From assembly GCA_045118975.1 (NCBI GenBank), contig JBGVCT010000003.1:17780-81779 (forward strand): a stretch of DNA of 64,000 nt, read 5' to 3'. Of the stretch, positions 1-8,218 are shown piece by piece. This DNA comes from Bacilli bacterium. GTDB lineage: Bacteria; Bacillota_I; Bacilli_A; RFN20; DUOF01. A program made the position numbers and the translations under genes. The notes beneath the pieces were generated by a model. The model was not told the DNA's origin, ran no database searches, and saw only the letters and a list, made by a program, of their open reading frames with translations. The number at the start of each line of letters is the position of its first letter. Within the stretch, counting starts at the first letter, position 1.

Positions 1-411
1 GAATCTTCTATAAGAGTCATATGCAAATTGTGCATTACCTGTTAATTCAATTAAAGTTTCAACGATTTCATCATTGATACCTAAGTTTAAAACAGTGTCC
101 ATCATACCAGGCATTGATACTCTAGCACCACTTCTTACTGATAATAATAATGGATTGTTTTTATCTCCTAATTTCTTACCAACACTATTTTCAAATTTTT
201 CTAATGCTACTAAAACTTCTTCTCTGATTTCTGGATGTAATGTTTCATTATCATCATAGTATCTAACACAAGCTTCAGTAGAAATTGTGAATCCACCTGG
301 AACTGGTAAACCAATGCTTGTCATCTCTGCTAATCCAGCACCTTTACCACCAAGCGTATTTCTCATACTAGCGTTTCCTTCGCTAAATAAGTAAACATAT
401 TTTTTAGCCAT
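1..411 (-). CDS. ppdK: pyruvate,phosphate dikinase, N-terminal fragment (runs off the left edge)
   Basis: My own minus-strand translation from the ATG at 411 reads [37 protein letters not shown]..., the canonical PPDK N-terminus. A GGAGGGAG RBS lies upstream. It is absent from the ORF track because it is truncated. Confidence 0.85.
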   Translation of the reverse strand, partial: MAKKYVYLFSEGNASMRNTLGGKGAGLAEMTSIGLPVPGGFTISTEACVRYYDDNETLHPEIREEVLVALEKFENSVGKKLGDKNNPLLLSVRSGARVSMPGMMDTVLNLGINDEIVETLIELTGNAQFAYDSYRRF

Positions 412-457
412 GTTTTATTTCTCCCTCCATAACATTTTTATTATATTATTTATGCCT

Positions 458-1399
458 TTACTCCTCAATATTATTGGCTATTTCTTTTATTTTTCTAAGA
501 CGATGATTTATACCACTTTTGCTAACATTAGTCCCATATAAAGAATTGAATATGTCAGCAATTTCTTGCATATTAGCTTCTGGGTTTTCTTTTCTTATAC
601 TTATAATTTTTTTATCCTTTTCATCAAGGAGATATTCTTTAGAGTGGGCATATATCTTTTCTATGTACTCTAATTGAGTATTCGCAGATTTTATGGTTTT
701 AACCTCATTTGATACCTCACATATAGTTAATCTATTATTTGAGTTCCAATAATCTTTATTTATTCTCTCTTCTTCAAAATCCAAAACACAGTTATTTGCG
801 TTAATAATTCTTAGGAAGTCACTAATTTCTTCACTCTTTTTAATATAAACCACATAGACATTTCTTCTTTTAATAATTTTTGCATTAAGCTCAAATTTAG
901 AAATAATTTTAGTTAGAAATTCAGCATGCTTATCACTATGAGTTGTTATCTCTAAATGATAATTTTTGCTTACAGGGTCATTTACACTACCACTCGCTAA
1001 AAAACTTCCCATCAAGTAGGCTCTTAAATCTCCTGTATTCTTCAAAATATCTTTGTTTGGATTATGATCTAATTTACCATTTTTATAAATTTGTAAATCT
1101 TCAAGAATCTCGATCCCTCTATTACCAACTTGTAATAAATAAACATTATTCTTCTTTAGTTTCATTTTTTTAGCTACAAGAATTCTAGCGTCAACATTGT
1201 ATAAATCCTTAATTATCACAAATAACAATTTTGCAATCTTGGCATTTTCACTTCTTATTTCTAAAGCGACTCCACCCTTACCCATAGAGATTGTTCCATT
1301 TATTCTAGCAAGCGATGATAATAATGCTTTTTTTTCGCCATCATTAGCAAACTCATATCTAACTATTTCTTCTTTAACATCTATTGAAAAAGACATCAT
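458..1399 (-). CDS. whiA: DNA-binding sporulation/cell-division regulator WhiA
   Basis: The 313 aa product has a WhiA-like N-terminus (MSFSIDVKEEI...LLSSLARINGTISM), a degenerate LAGLIDADG-type core and a C-terminal HTH (NVSKSGINHRLRKI). Confidence 0.9.
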   Translation of the reverse strand: MMSFSIDVKEEIVRYEFANDGEKKALLSSLARINGTISMGKGGVALEIRSENAKIAKLLFVIIKDLYNVDARILVAKKMKLKKNNVYLLQVGNRGIEILEDLQIYKNGKLDHNPNKDILKNTGDLRAYLMGSFLASGSVNDPVSKNYHLEITTHSDKHAEFLTKIISKFELNAKIIKRRNVYVVYIKKSEEISDFLRIINANNCVLDFEEERINKDYWNSNNRLTICEVSNEVKTIKSANTQLEYIEKIYAHSKEYLLDEKDKKIISIRKENPEANMQEIADIFNSLYGTNVSKSGINHRLRKIKEIANNIEE

Positions 1400-1507
1400 T
1401 AACCACTCCTTCTAGTATTCTACCACAAATACTACTTTTTTAGGCTTTAAATAGTGAAAATTTAGATATAATAAAGTATACTATTATAAAAAGTGAGGTA
1501 ATGAATT

Positions 1508-2062
1508 ATGGCTCTAGTAGAGATTGAATTAACAGACTTAGTGGATGCTTTAGATGAAACAGGATCAGAGTATGCCGCATTTTTCCGTCCAATGCTTGGA
1601 TATGAAGCAGTTTTAAAATTATATTTAGGTATCACAGATGATGTTGAACCACTTCTTGTAGAAATCGAAGATGAAAGTTCATTCGAATTTCCACCTGATT
1701 TAGTTTCATTCTATATGTGTACTAATGGTGGAGAATTTGGAGATTTAGAATTATATCCATTAACTACTGATGCTTCAGTTACAAATAGTTTACACAAATT
1801 AAATGTAACAGATAAGAGTTTCAAAGAATCTATCGGATTAGATAATAAAACTCTATTGATTGGTGGATATCCAGATGATCCAGACACATACATAACTTGC
1901 AAATTAAATCCTGATGGATCATATGCATATCAAATGTATGATGCAACAAAGAAAAAAGCAAAAATGGAGTTTGAGTATATTATTCAATTAGTAGCACTTG
2001 AAGTTAATTATGTAACTGACTATGATGCTCTAGTAGATTATGCAAATGGAAAAGGAGAATAA
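1508..2062 (+). CDS. SMI1/KNR4 (SUKH-1) family protein
   Basis: The 184 aa product carries the motif FEFPPDLVSFYMCTNGGEFGDLELYPL, typical of SUKH-1/SMI1-KNR4 domains. RBS GTGAGG lies upstream. Confidence 0.55.
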   Translation: MALVEIELTDLVDALDETGSEYAAFFRPMLGYEAVLKLYLGITDDVEPLLVEIEDESSFEFPPDLVSFYMCTNGGEFGDLELYPLTTDASVTNSLHKLNVTDKSFKESIGLDNKTLLIGGYPDDPDTYITCKLNPDGSYAYQMYDATKKKAKMEFEYIIQLVALEVNYVTDYDALVDYANGKGE

Positions 2063-2078
2063 ACATTCTCCTTTTTTT
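2052..2078 (+). terminator. rho-independent terminator after the SUKH gene
   Basis: Hairpin AAGGAGAA-taaaca-TTCTCCTT followed by TTTTT. The stop codon lies in the loop. Confidence 0.6.
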
Positions 2079-2562
2079 ATTTATTTATATATTTTTTTAT
2101 TAATGCTACGCTAGCATCAACGTTTTCAAGTTGCTCTATTTTATATTTTTCTGTATTAGTAATAATTACTATATATCCTGTTTTAAATTCAAAATTAATA
2201 TATGGACCAGATACAGTATCTTTTACACCTTTTACTTTTGTTATATCTGATACTTTAATTTGTCTTATTGTATCATCATATATAAAAATAAAATCATGAT
2301 CATATACTATTGCCTCTTTAGGATATGTATTTAATCTCCTTATTTTTTCTCCCGCCTTAGAAACAAGCCATATAATAAGAACATATATGATACATAATAC
2401 TAAAAACACATAGCCCATTGTGGTAGCAAAATCTTCTTGCATTGGGTTAATAAAACATACAACACAAAAGATAAATAATACAGCAAAAAATACCCATAAA
2501 AGTCTTATTGTTATTTTTGTATTATCTTTTTTTATTTGTCTATAGGCTAATACCTCTTTCAA
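2077..2562 (-). CDS. membrane protein, unknown function (two TM helices plus a small C-terminal beta-rich domain)
   Basis: The track start (TTG at 2598) lies inside the secG terminator hairpin. The TTG at 2562 is preceded by AGGAGGG. Two hydrophobic helices are present (LLWVFFAVLFIFCVVCFI and VFLVLCIIYVLIIWLV). Confidence 0.6.
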   Translation of the reverse strand: MKEVLAYRQIKKDNTKITIRLLWVFFAVLFIFCVVCFINPMQEDFATTMGYVFLVLCIIYVLIIWLVSKAGEKIRRLNTYPKEAIVYDHDFIFIYDDTIRQIKVSDITKVKGVKDTVSGPYINFEFKTGYIVIITNTEKYKIEQLENVDASVALIKKYINK

Positions 2563-2575
2563 TCCAATCCCTCCT

Positions 2576-2603
2576 AAAAAAAAATCTTTGCTTTGCAAAG
2601 ATT
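2576..2603 (-). terminator. rho-independent terminator of secG
   Basis: On the minus strand, AATCTTTGC-aaa-GCAAAGATT is followed by a T8 run. Confidence 0.7.
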
Positions 2604-2609
2604 CCTTTA

Positions 2610-2843
2610 TTATCTTCCCATTAAGAAGTGCATTATAATTGCTAGAGTAAAGAATAAGATTCCTAAAACAAAAGTAATTCTTGAAACAACCACTTCAGGA
2701 CCTCTTTCTTTTTTATCTGCAAATGTATTAGCAATACTTTGTCCACCAATTACACCTAGTCCACTATCTTTTCCACTTTGTAACAATGTAATAACGATTA
2801 TAAGTACAGATATAATCATGAATATAATATTTAATACTAACAT
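2610..2843 (-). CDS. secG: preprotein translocase subunit SecG
   Basis: The 77 aa product has two TM helices and the SecG signature LLQSGKDSGLG... Confidence 0.85.
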   Translation of the reverse strand: MLVLNIIFMIISVLIIVITLLQSGKDSGLGVIGGQSIANTFADKKERGPEVVVSRITFVLGILFFTLAIIMHFLMGR

Positions 2844-2900
2844 TAAGATTCCTCCCTTAGCCTACATAAGTATAACAAATTGATTTTTAAATTTAAACAA

Positions 2901-4871
2901 TTAATTACCAATATCTCCTTTTAATTCGAAAATAATATCTCTAAGTTGCATAGCCCTCTCAAAATCCAATAATTTCGCAGCTTCTTTCATCTCTTTTTCT
3001 AAATCCAATATCATTACTTCTTTTTCTCTTTTAGATATCTTTTTAGATTTACTAGTAAAATAATCTTTATAATCTTCTTTTAATTTTATTGGTTTTCTTA
3101 TTTCTTTTATTATAGTTTGAGGAATTATATTATGCTTCAAATTATATTCTGTTTGAATATTTCTTCTACGTTCAGTTTCCATAATTGCCGCTTTCATTGA
3201 ATCAGTCATGTTATCTGCATACATAACAACTTCTCCATTTGCATTTCTAGAAGCTCTACCTATAATTTGAATAAGCGATCTACTACTTCTTAAAAATCCC
3301 TCACTGTCTGCATCCAATATAAGCACTTGAGAAACTTCTGGGATATCTAATCCCTCTCTTAATAAGTTTATTCCCACTAAAATATCATATTTACCTTTTC
3401 TTAATTCATAAATTATTTGTGTTCTTTCAAGTGTTTTGGTTTCACTATGTAAATATGCAACTTTATATCCTAAGTTTTTTAAATAAGCTGTTAAATCCTC
3501 TGCCATTCTAATAGTTAAAGTAGTAACTAATGTTCTTTCATTTTTCTTGATTCTATCATTTATTCTTTCCACAATATCATCTATTTGATTAGTTTTAGAA
3601 ACAACACTAACCTTTGGATCAACTAATCCCGTTGGCCTTATAATTTGTTCACTTACTTTTCCATTTACTTTCTCTAATTCATAGTCTCCAGGAGTTGCGC
3701 TAACAAAAATAATATTGTTTCCCTTCTTTTCAAACTCCTCGAATTTTAATGGTCTATTATCAAGTGCACTAGGAAGTCTAAATCCATACTCAACAAGCGT
3801 TTCTTTCCTGCTTCTATCTCCATTAAACATTCCTCTAAATTGTGGTAAAGAGACATGTGACTCATCAATAACTATCATATATTCCCCATCAATATAATCA
3901 AATAATGTATATGGGGTTTCTCCGCTCTTTCTGCCATCAATTTTAGCACTATAGTTTTCCACACCTGGACACGTACCAAGTTCCTTTAAAGACTCCATAT
4001 CATGATTAGTTCTTTCTTCTAATCTTTGTGCCTCAAGCAATTTTCCATTATCTTTAAAATATTTAAGTCTTTCTATTAGCTCTTCTTTTATTGAGGGAAT
4101 AGCCCTTAAAATTCTCTCCTTTGATGAAGAATAGGCATAAGCAGGATAAAAAGGATATACACTATATGTTTCCAACACCTTATTTGTTAATACATCAACT
4201 TTACATATCCTTTCAACTAAATCATCGAATAATTCTATTCTGATATAGTAATCATCATTAGTGGCAACTGATACCTCGATATTTTCTCCTCTTACTTTAA
4301 AACTTCCTGGGGTTCTATCGACATCATTTCTATAATATTGAGCTTCTACTAGCTTTGCTAGAAATGCTTTTCTATCTATAGTCTCCCCTTTAACAACATT
4401 AAAAACAAGTGCACTATATTCACTAGGGTCACCAAGCCCATATATAGCAGCAACAGAGGCCACAACGATAGTATCTTTTCTTTCAATAAGAGAATTAATT
4501 GCACTACTTCTCATCATTTCTATTTCTTGATTTGTTAACGCATTCTTATCTATGTATGTATCGGTTTTAGGCAAATAGGCCTCGGGTTGATAAAAATCAA
4601 AATTAGAAATAAAATACTCAACCCTATTATTAGGAAAAAACTCTTTAAGTTCAGCATAGAGTTGCCCTGCAAGAGTTTTATTGTGAGCCATAATAATAGT
4701 AGGTTTATTTACATTTTTAATAACGTTAGAAATGGTAAAAGTCTTACCTGTGCCAGTAGCACCTAGTAAGACTTGATATCTTTTATTTTCTTTTAATACG
4801 CCATCACTTAATTCTTTTATTGCTTTTTCTTGATCTCCTTGTGGAGAAAACTTACTAACCAAATCAAACAT
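2901..4871 (-). CDS. uvrB: excinuclease ABC subunit B
   Basis: Features include Walker A GATGTGKT, the beta-hairpin region, helicase motifs and the C-terminal UVR motif (LDFERAMQLRD). The ATG at 4871 follows GAGGTGAG. The track TTG at 4889 is an over-extension. Confidence 0.95.
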   Translation of the reverse strand: MFDLVSKFSPQGDQEKAIKELSDGVLKENKRYQVLLGATGTGKTFTISNVIKNVNKPTIIMAHNKTLAGQLYAELKEFFPNNRVEYFISNFDFYQPEAYLPKTDTYIDKNALTNQEIEMMRSSAINSLIERKDTIVVASVAAIYGLGDPSEYSALVFNVVKGETIDRKAFLAKLVEAQYYRNDVDRTPGSFKVRGENIEVSVATNDDYYIRIELFDDLVERICKVDVLTNKVLETYSVYPFYPAYAYSSSKERILRAIPSIKEELIERLKYFKDNGKLLEAQRLEERTNHDMESLKELGTCPGVENYSAKIDGRKSGETPYTLFDYIDGEYMIVIDESHVSLPQFRGMFNGDRSRKETLVEYGFRLPSALDNRPLKFEEFEKKGNNIIFVSATPGDYELEKVNGKVSEQIIRPTGLVDPKVSVVSKTNQIDDIVERINDRIKKNERTLVTTLTIRMAEDLTAYLKNLGYKVAYLHSETKTLERTQIIYELRKGKYDILVGINLLREGLDIPEVSQVLILDADSEGFLRSSRSLIQIIGRASRNANGEVVMYADNMTDSMKAAIMETERRRNIQTEYNLKHNIIPQTIIKEIRKPIKLKEDYKDYFTSKSKKISKREKEVMILDLEKEMKEAAKLLDFERAMQLRDIIFELKGDIGN

Positions 4872-4881
4872 TTTCTCACCT

Positions 4882-6249
4882 CTAGCCAATCAATCCCAAA
4901 ACTGTCTCTAATTGATTGTTTTGGAACTCAAGTTTATCATCATAAATTAATTTTGCAAAAAAGCCTAATGTAGCAGCATCATATTTTCCAGTTGGGGTTA
5001 AGCCATTGTTTGTTTGGAAAGCAATTAATGCATCTCTTGTTTCCTCATCAAAAAAAGAATGAATTGGCCCTGTATATAAACCCAATTTTGACAATATAAT
5101 TTGTAAGCTCTTTACACCTTTTCCATAGTCATATAATTTATATTCTTCCTCGTATAAATCAACGCTAGAAATACCTGTATTAACATCCATAACACTTGGT
5201 ACAACACCAATATGATTTATTGTTTTATTTGCAGGAGTTTTCCATATTGCATATGTATAGTGGAAATATGTGCCATCTTCAAAATGATATGTTTTTTGAG
5301 CACTTCCTTTTCCAAATGTTGTATCTCCATATAAAACAACATTATTTAAATGATAATCCATAGCAGCTGCCAAAGCTTCTGCTCCAGAAGCACTATTATT
5401 ATCAATTAATACATATATTTTTTCAAACAAATAATCATCATCATCTATAGTTTTAACTGTAGAAATACTACCATGTTTGTCTTCTGTATACATTACAACT
5501 TTATTAGCCCTGACAAAAATATCTAAAACTTGTTGAACAGCACTAATGTATCCACCAGGATTTCCCCTCAAATCTATGATTAGATTTAACGGTAATTCAT
5601 TATTCAAAGTTTCAAAATAATTTCTAATATATTCTGCAGTATCTGAATTAAATTCAGTAATTTGAACATATGAAGTATTTTCATATTCTTTTGTAAAGAC
5701 AGTTATAGGCTCATAGCTTTTAACTGGTACATTAATTGTAAATTTATTATTAGGATCTAAAGATCCATCTCTTACAAGACCCAAAGCAACATTACTTTTA
5801 TTAGTAATCATTGATTGAATATCCTCTATAGTTTTACCTTTTAAATCAACACCATTAATAGAAACTAACAAATCATTAACTTTTACTCCAGCATCTATTG
5901 TCGCTTTAGATGATATTTCACTGATAATATAATAATCACCATAGGCATGAATAGTTACCCCAATTCCAGTATAAGAATCAGCCAAAGACCCAAGAGAAGT
6001 TAAATATTTTGTATACGGATCCTTTACTGGGTCTTGCAAAGAAAGAATCATTTTATTTTCAAGAGTATTAGAAATATCTTCGTCTTCCACCCCATAATAC
6101 CATTCGTTCTCCATAATTTCTTGAATGATTTCTAATTTTGTCTTTTCTTTTTCATTCACTCTATAAGAAAAATAGTATCCAAAGCACAACGAAAACAAAC
6201 AAGTTAGACATAATGCAATTATCCAAACTTTTTTCTCACTCTTGTTCAT
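4882..6249 (-). CDS. S41 carboxy-terminal processing peptidase with PDZ and C-terminal peptidoglycan-binding domains
   Basis: The product has an N-terminal TM anchor, a PDZ domain (GVKVNDLLVSINGVDL), the S41 motifs DLRGNPGG and NSASGAEALA, and a PG_binding_1-like tail (LQIILSKLGLYTGP...ALIAFQTNNGLTPTG). Confidence 0.85.
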   Translation of the reverse strand: MNKSEKKVWIIALCLTCLFSLCFGYYFSYRVNEKEKTKLEIIQEIMENEWYYGVEDEDISNTLENKMILSLQDPVKDPYTKYLTSLGSLADSYTGIGVTIHAYGDYYIISEISSKATIDAGVKVNDLLVSINGVDLKGKTIEDIQSMITNKSNVALGLVRDGSLDPNNKFTINVPVKSYEPITVFTKEYENTSYVQITEFNSDTAEYIRNYFETLNNELPLNLIIDLRGNPGGYISAVQQVLDIFVRANKVVMYTEDKHGSISTVKTIDDDDYLFEKIYVLIDNNSASGAEALAAAMDYHLNNVVLYGDTTFGKGSAQKTYHFEDGTYFHYTYAIWKTPANKTINHIGVVPSVMDVNTGISSVDLYEEEYKLYDYGKGVKSLQIILSKLGLYTGPIHSFFDEETRDALIAFQTNNGLTPTGKYDAATLGFFAKLIYDDKLEFQNNQLETVLGLIG

Positions 6250-6258
6250 TACTTTCCC

Positions 6259-7110
6259 CTACTTTCTAGATATCATTTCAAATCCATTACCATATACATT
6301 CACAGCCTTATATACACTTATAAATGCATCTTTATCAATTTTTTGGATTTCATGTTTGATTTTGTAATATTCTTTTTCGTTAAATATTACTTCAATCATT
6401 CCCTTATCATCGCCTCTAATTCCACCCTTGGCACTGATAATTGTAGACCCTCTCTCTAAATCATTAATAATGTAATCATTAATTACTTCCATCTTGTCAC
6501 TTACAATATGCATCATGTAACTAGAATTTCCTCTAATTGTAATGATTTCGATTAAATAAGAAGCAATAATTACACATATAATTCCATATAAAGATGAACT
6601 AACATTAACCATAAATAATCCTAATGCTACTATTATAGAATCAATGATAAATGTGGAATGGGATATTTTTACACCAAGATGTTTATGCAATAAAACAGAT
6701 ATCACATCTAACCCACCTGTGCTTCCACCAACCTTATATACTAACCCCAAACCAACTCCCACAAGTATTGCGGCCATAATTGAGGCTAAAAGTGGATCAT
6801 TTAAATCCTTTATAATATATTGTGCACAATTTGTAAAATGCAATAAATTTACCACAAGAGGATAAACTATCGTAGACAACAGTGTCTTAAGTGCAAAATC
6901 TTTCTTTAAAAAGATAAATCCCACAGCAAACAAAATCCAGTTAAGGACAAAAATCACTATAGCAGGATCAAACCATCGCTCTAAAACCACCGAAATTCCT
7001 GAAAGTCCACCATTATCTATACTAAATGGCAAGATAAAAATACTAGTAGCAATCGCTAACATTGTATTTCCTAGTATTATTATTAACGAATTCAGTATTT
7101 TATCTTTCAT
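6259..7110 (-). CDS. YitT-family membrane protein (DUF2179 C-terminal domain)
   Basis: The 283 aa product is polytopic with a C-terminal soluble domain, and its overall sequence resembles YitT/YpjC. Confidence 0.75.
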   Translation of the reverse strand: MKDKILNSLIIILGNTMLAIATSIFILPFSIDNGGLSGISVVLERWFDPAIVIFVLNWILFAVGFIFLKKDFALKTLLSTIVYPLVVNLLHFTNCAQYIIKDLNDPLLASIMAAILVGVGLGLVYKVGGSTGGLDVISVLLHKHLGVKISHSTFIIDSIIVALGLFMVNVSSSLYGIICVIIASYLIEIITIRGNSSYMMHIVSDKMEVINDYIINDLERGSTIISAKGGIRGDDKGMIEVIFNEKEYYKIKHEIQKIDKDAFISVYKAVNVYGNGFEMISRK

Positions 7111-7111
7111 A

Positions 7112-8218
7112 TTAGTTATTCCTCATTTTTAAATATGCACTTATAAAATCTTCTAAGTCACCATCCATAACTTTATTAACATCACTAACCTCAAAGTTAC
7201 TTCTGTGATCTTTTACCATTGTATATGGACAAAAAACATACGACCTTATTTGAGAGCCCCACTCATTAGCCATAGATTCACCTTTGATTTTAGCTAATTC
7301 CATTTCTTTTTCTCTCATTTTCTTTTCATATAATTTGCTTTTTAAAACATTCATACAATATTCTCTATTTTGTATTTGGCTTCTTTGCGTTTGGCAAGAA
7401 ACTACAATACCTGTAGGAATATGAGTGATTCTCACAGCACTGTCTGTTTTATTAACGTGTTGTCCACCCGCTCCACTAGCTCTATAAGTATCAACTTTTA
7501 TATCTTCATCTCTAACTTCAATTTCTATGTTATCCTCAAATATTGGAGACACCTCTACTGAAGCAAATGATGTATGTCTTCTCTTATTTGCATCAAAAGG
7601 AGAGATTCTTACAAGTCTATGCACACCTTTCTCACCCTTTAACATACCATAAGCATTATCCCCTTTAACCTCAAAAGTAACACTTTTGATACCAGCTTCT
7701 TCTCCACTTAAATGATCAATAATATCCACCTTGAAATCATTTTGTTCACAATATCTAAGATACATTCTATATAACATATCAGCCCAGTCATGAGCCTCAA
7801 CGCCACCCGCTCCTGGATGAATCTCCACAATTGCGTTTGTGTCATCAAATGGCCCAGATAACAATATTTCTAGTTCCATTTTTTCTAACAATTGCTCACT
7901 AGCTTTTATATGGTCTTCTAACATGGTATTTAATTCTTCAGAATCCTCTTCGCCAATCATAGCAATCAAATCTTTAAAATCACTAATCATTGAATCAAGT
8001 TCTAAGACTTTTTCAATATTGTTTTTATCTTTACTAATCTTTTTTAAGATTTTACTGGCCGCTCTATTATCATCCCAAAAATCACTAGCATTAGTTTGTT
8101 CCTCTAAAGATGCTATTTCCTTTTTTAATTCTTCTATATTCAAACATTCCTTTAAGTCATTTACCCTTTTAGAAAAATCATTATATAAAAGATTTATTTC
8201 ATACATGTCTTTAAACAT
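7112..8218 (-). CDS. prfB: peptide chain release factor 2, encoded as one uninterrupted frame
   Basis: It carries the SPF tripeptide (RISPFD) and GGQ (SGAGGQHVNKT). Its length is 368 aa and the start overlaps the secA stop. Confidence 0.95.
   Translation of the reverse strand: MFKDMYEINLLYNDFSKRVNDLKECLNIEELKKEIASLEEQTNASDFWDDNRAASKILKKISKDKNNIEKVLELDSMISDFKDLIAMIGEEDSEELNTMLEDHIKASEQLLEKMELEILLSGPFDDTNAIVEIHPGAGGVEAHDWADMLYRMYLRYCEQNDFKVDIIDHLSGEEAGIKSVTFEVKGDNAYGMLKGEKGVHRLVRISPFDANKRRHTSFASVEVSPIFEDNIEIEVRDEDIKVDTYRASGAGGQHVNKTDSAVRITHIPTGIVVSCQTQRSQIQNREYCMNVLKSKLYEKKMREKEMELAKIKGESMANEWGSQIRSYVFCPYTMVKDHRSNFEVSDVNKVMDGDLEDFISAYLKMRNN

Noticed and set aside
8140-8218. I searched for the prfB programmed +1 frameshift site (CUU UGA).
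   Set aside because: The frame is continuous from the ATG, with no in-frame UGA near codon 25. I report this as a low-interest finding rather than a recoding feature.
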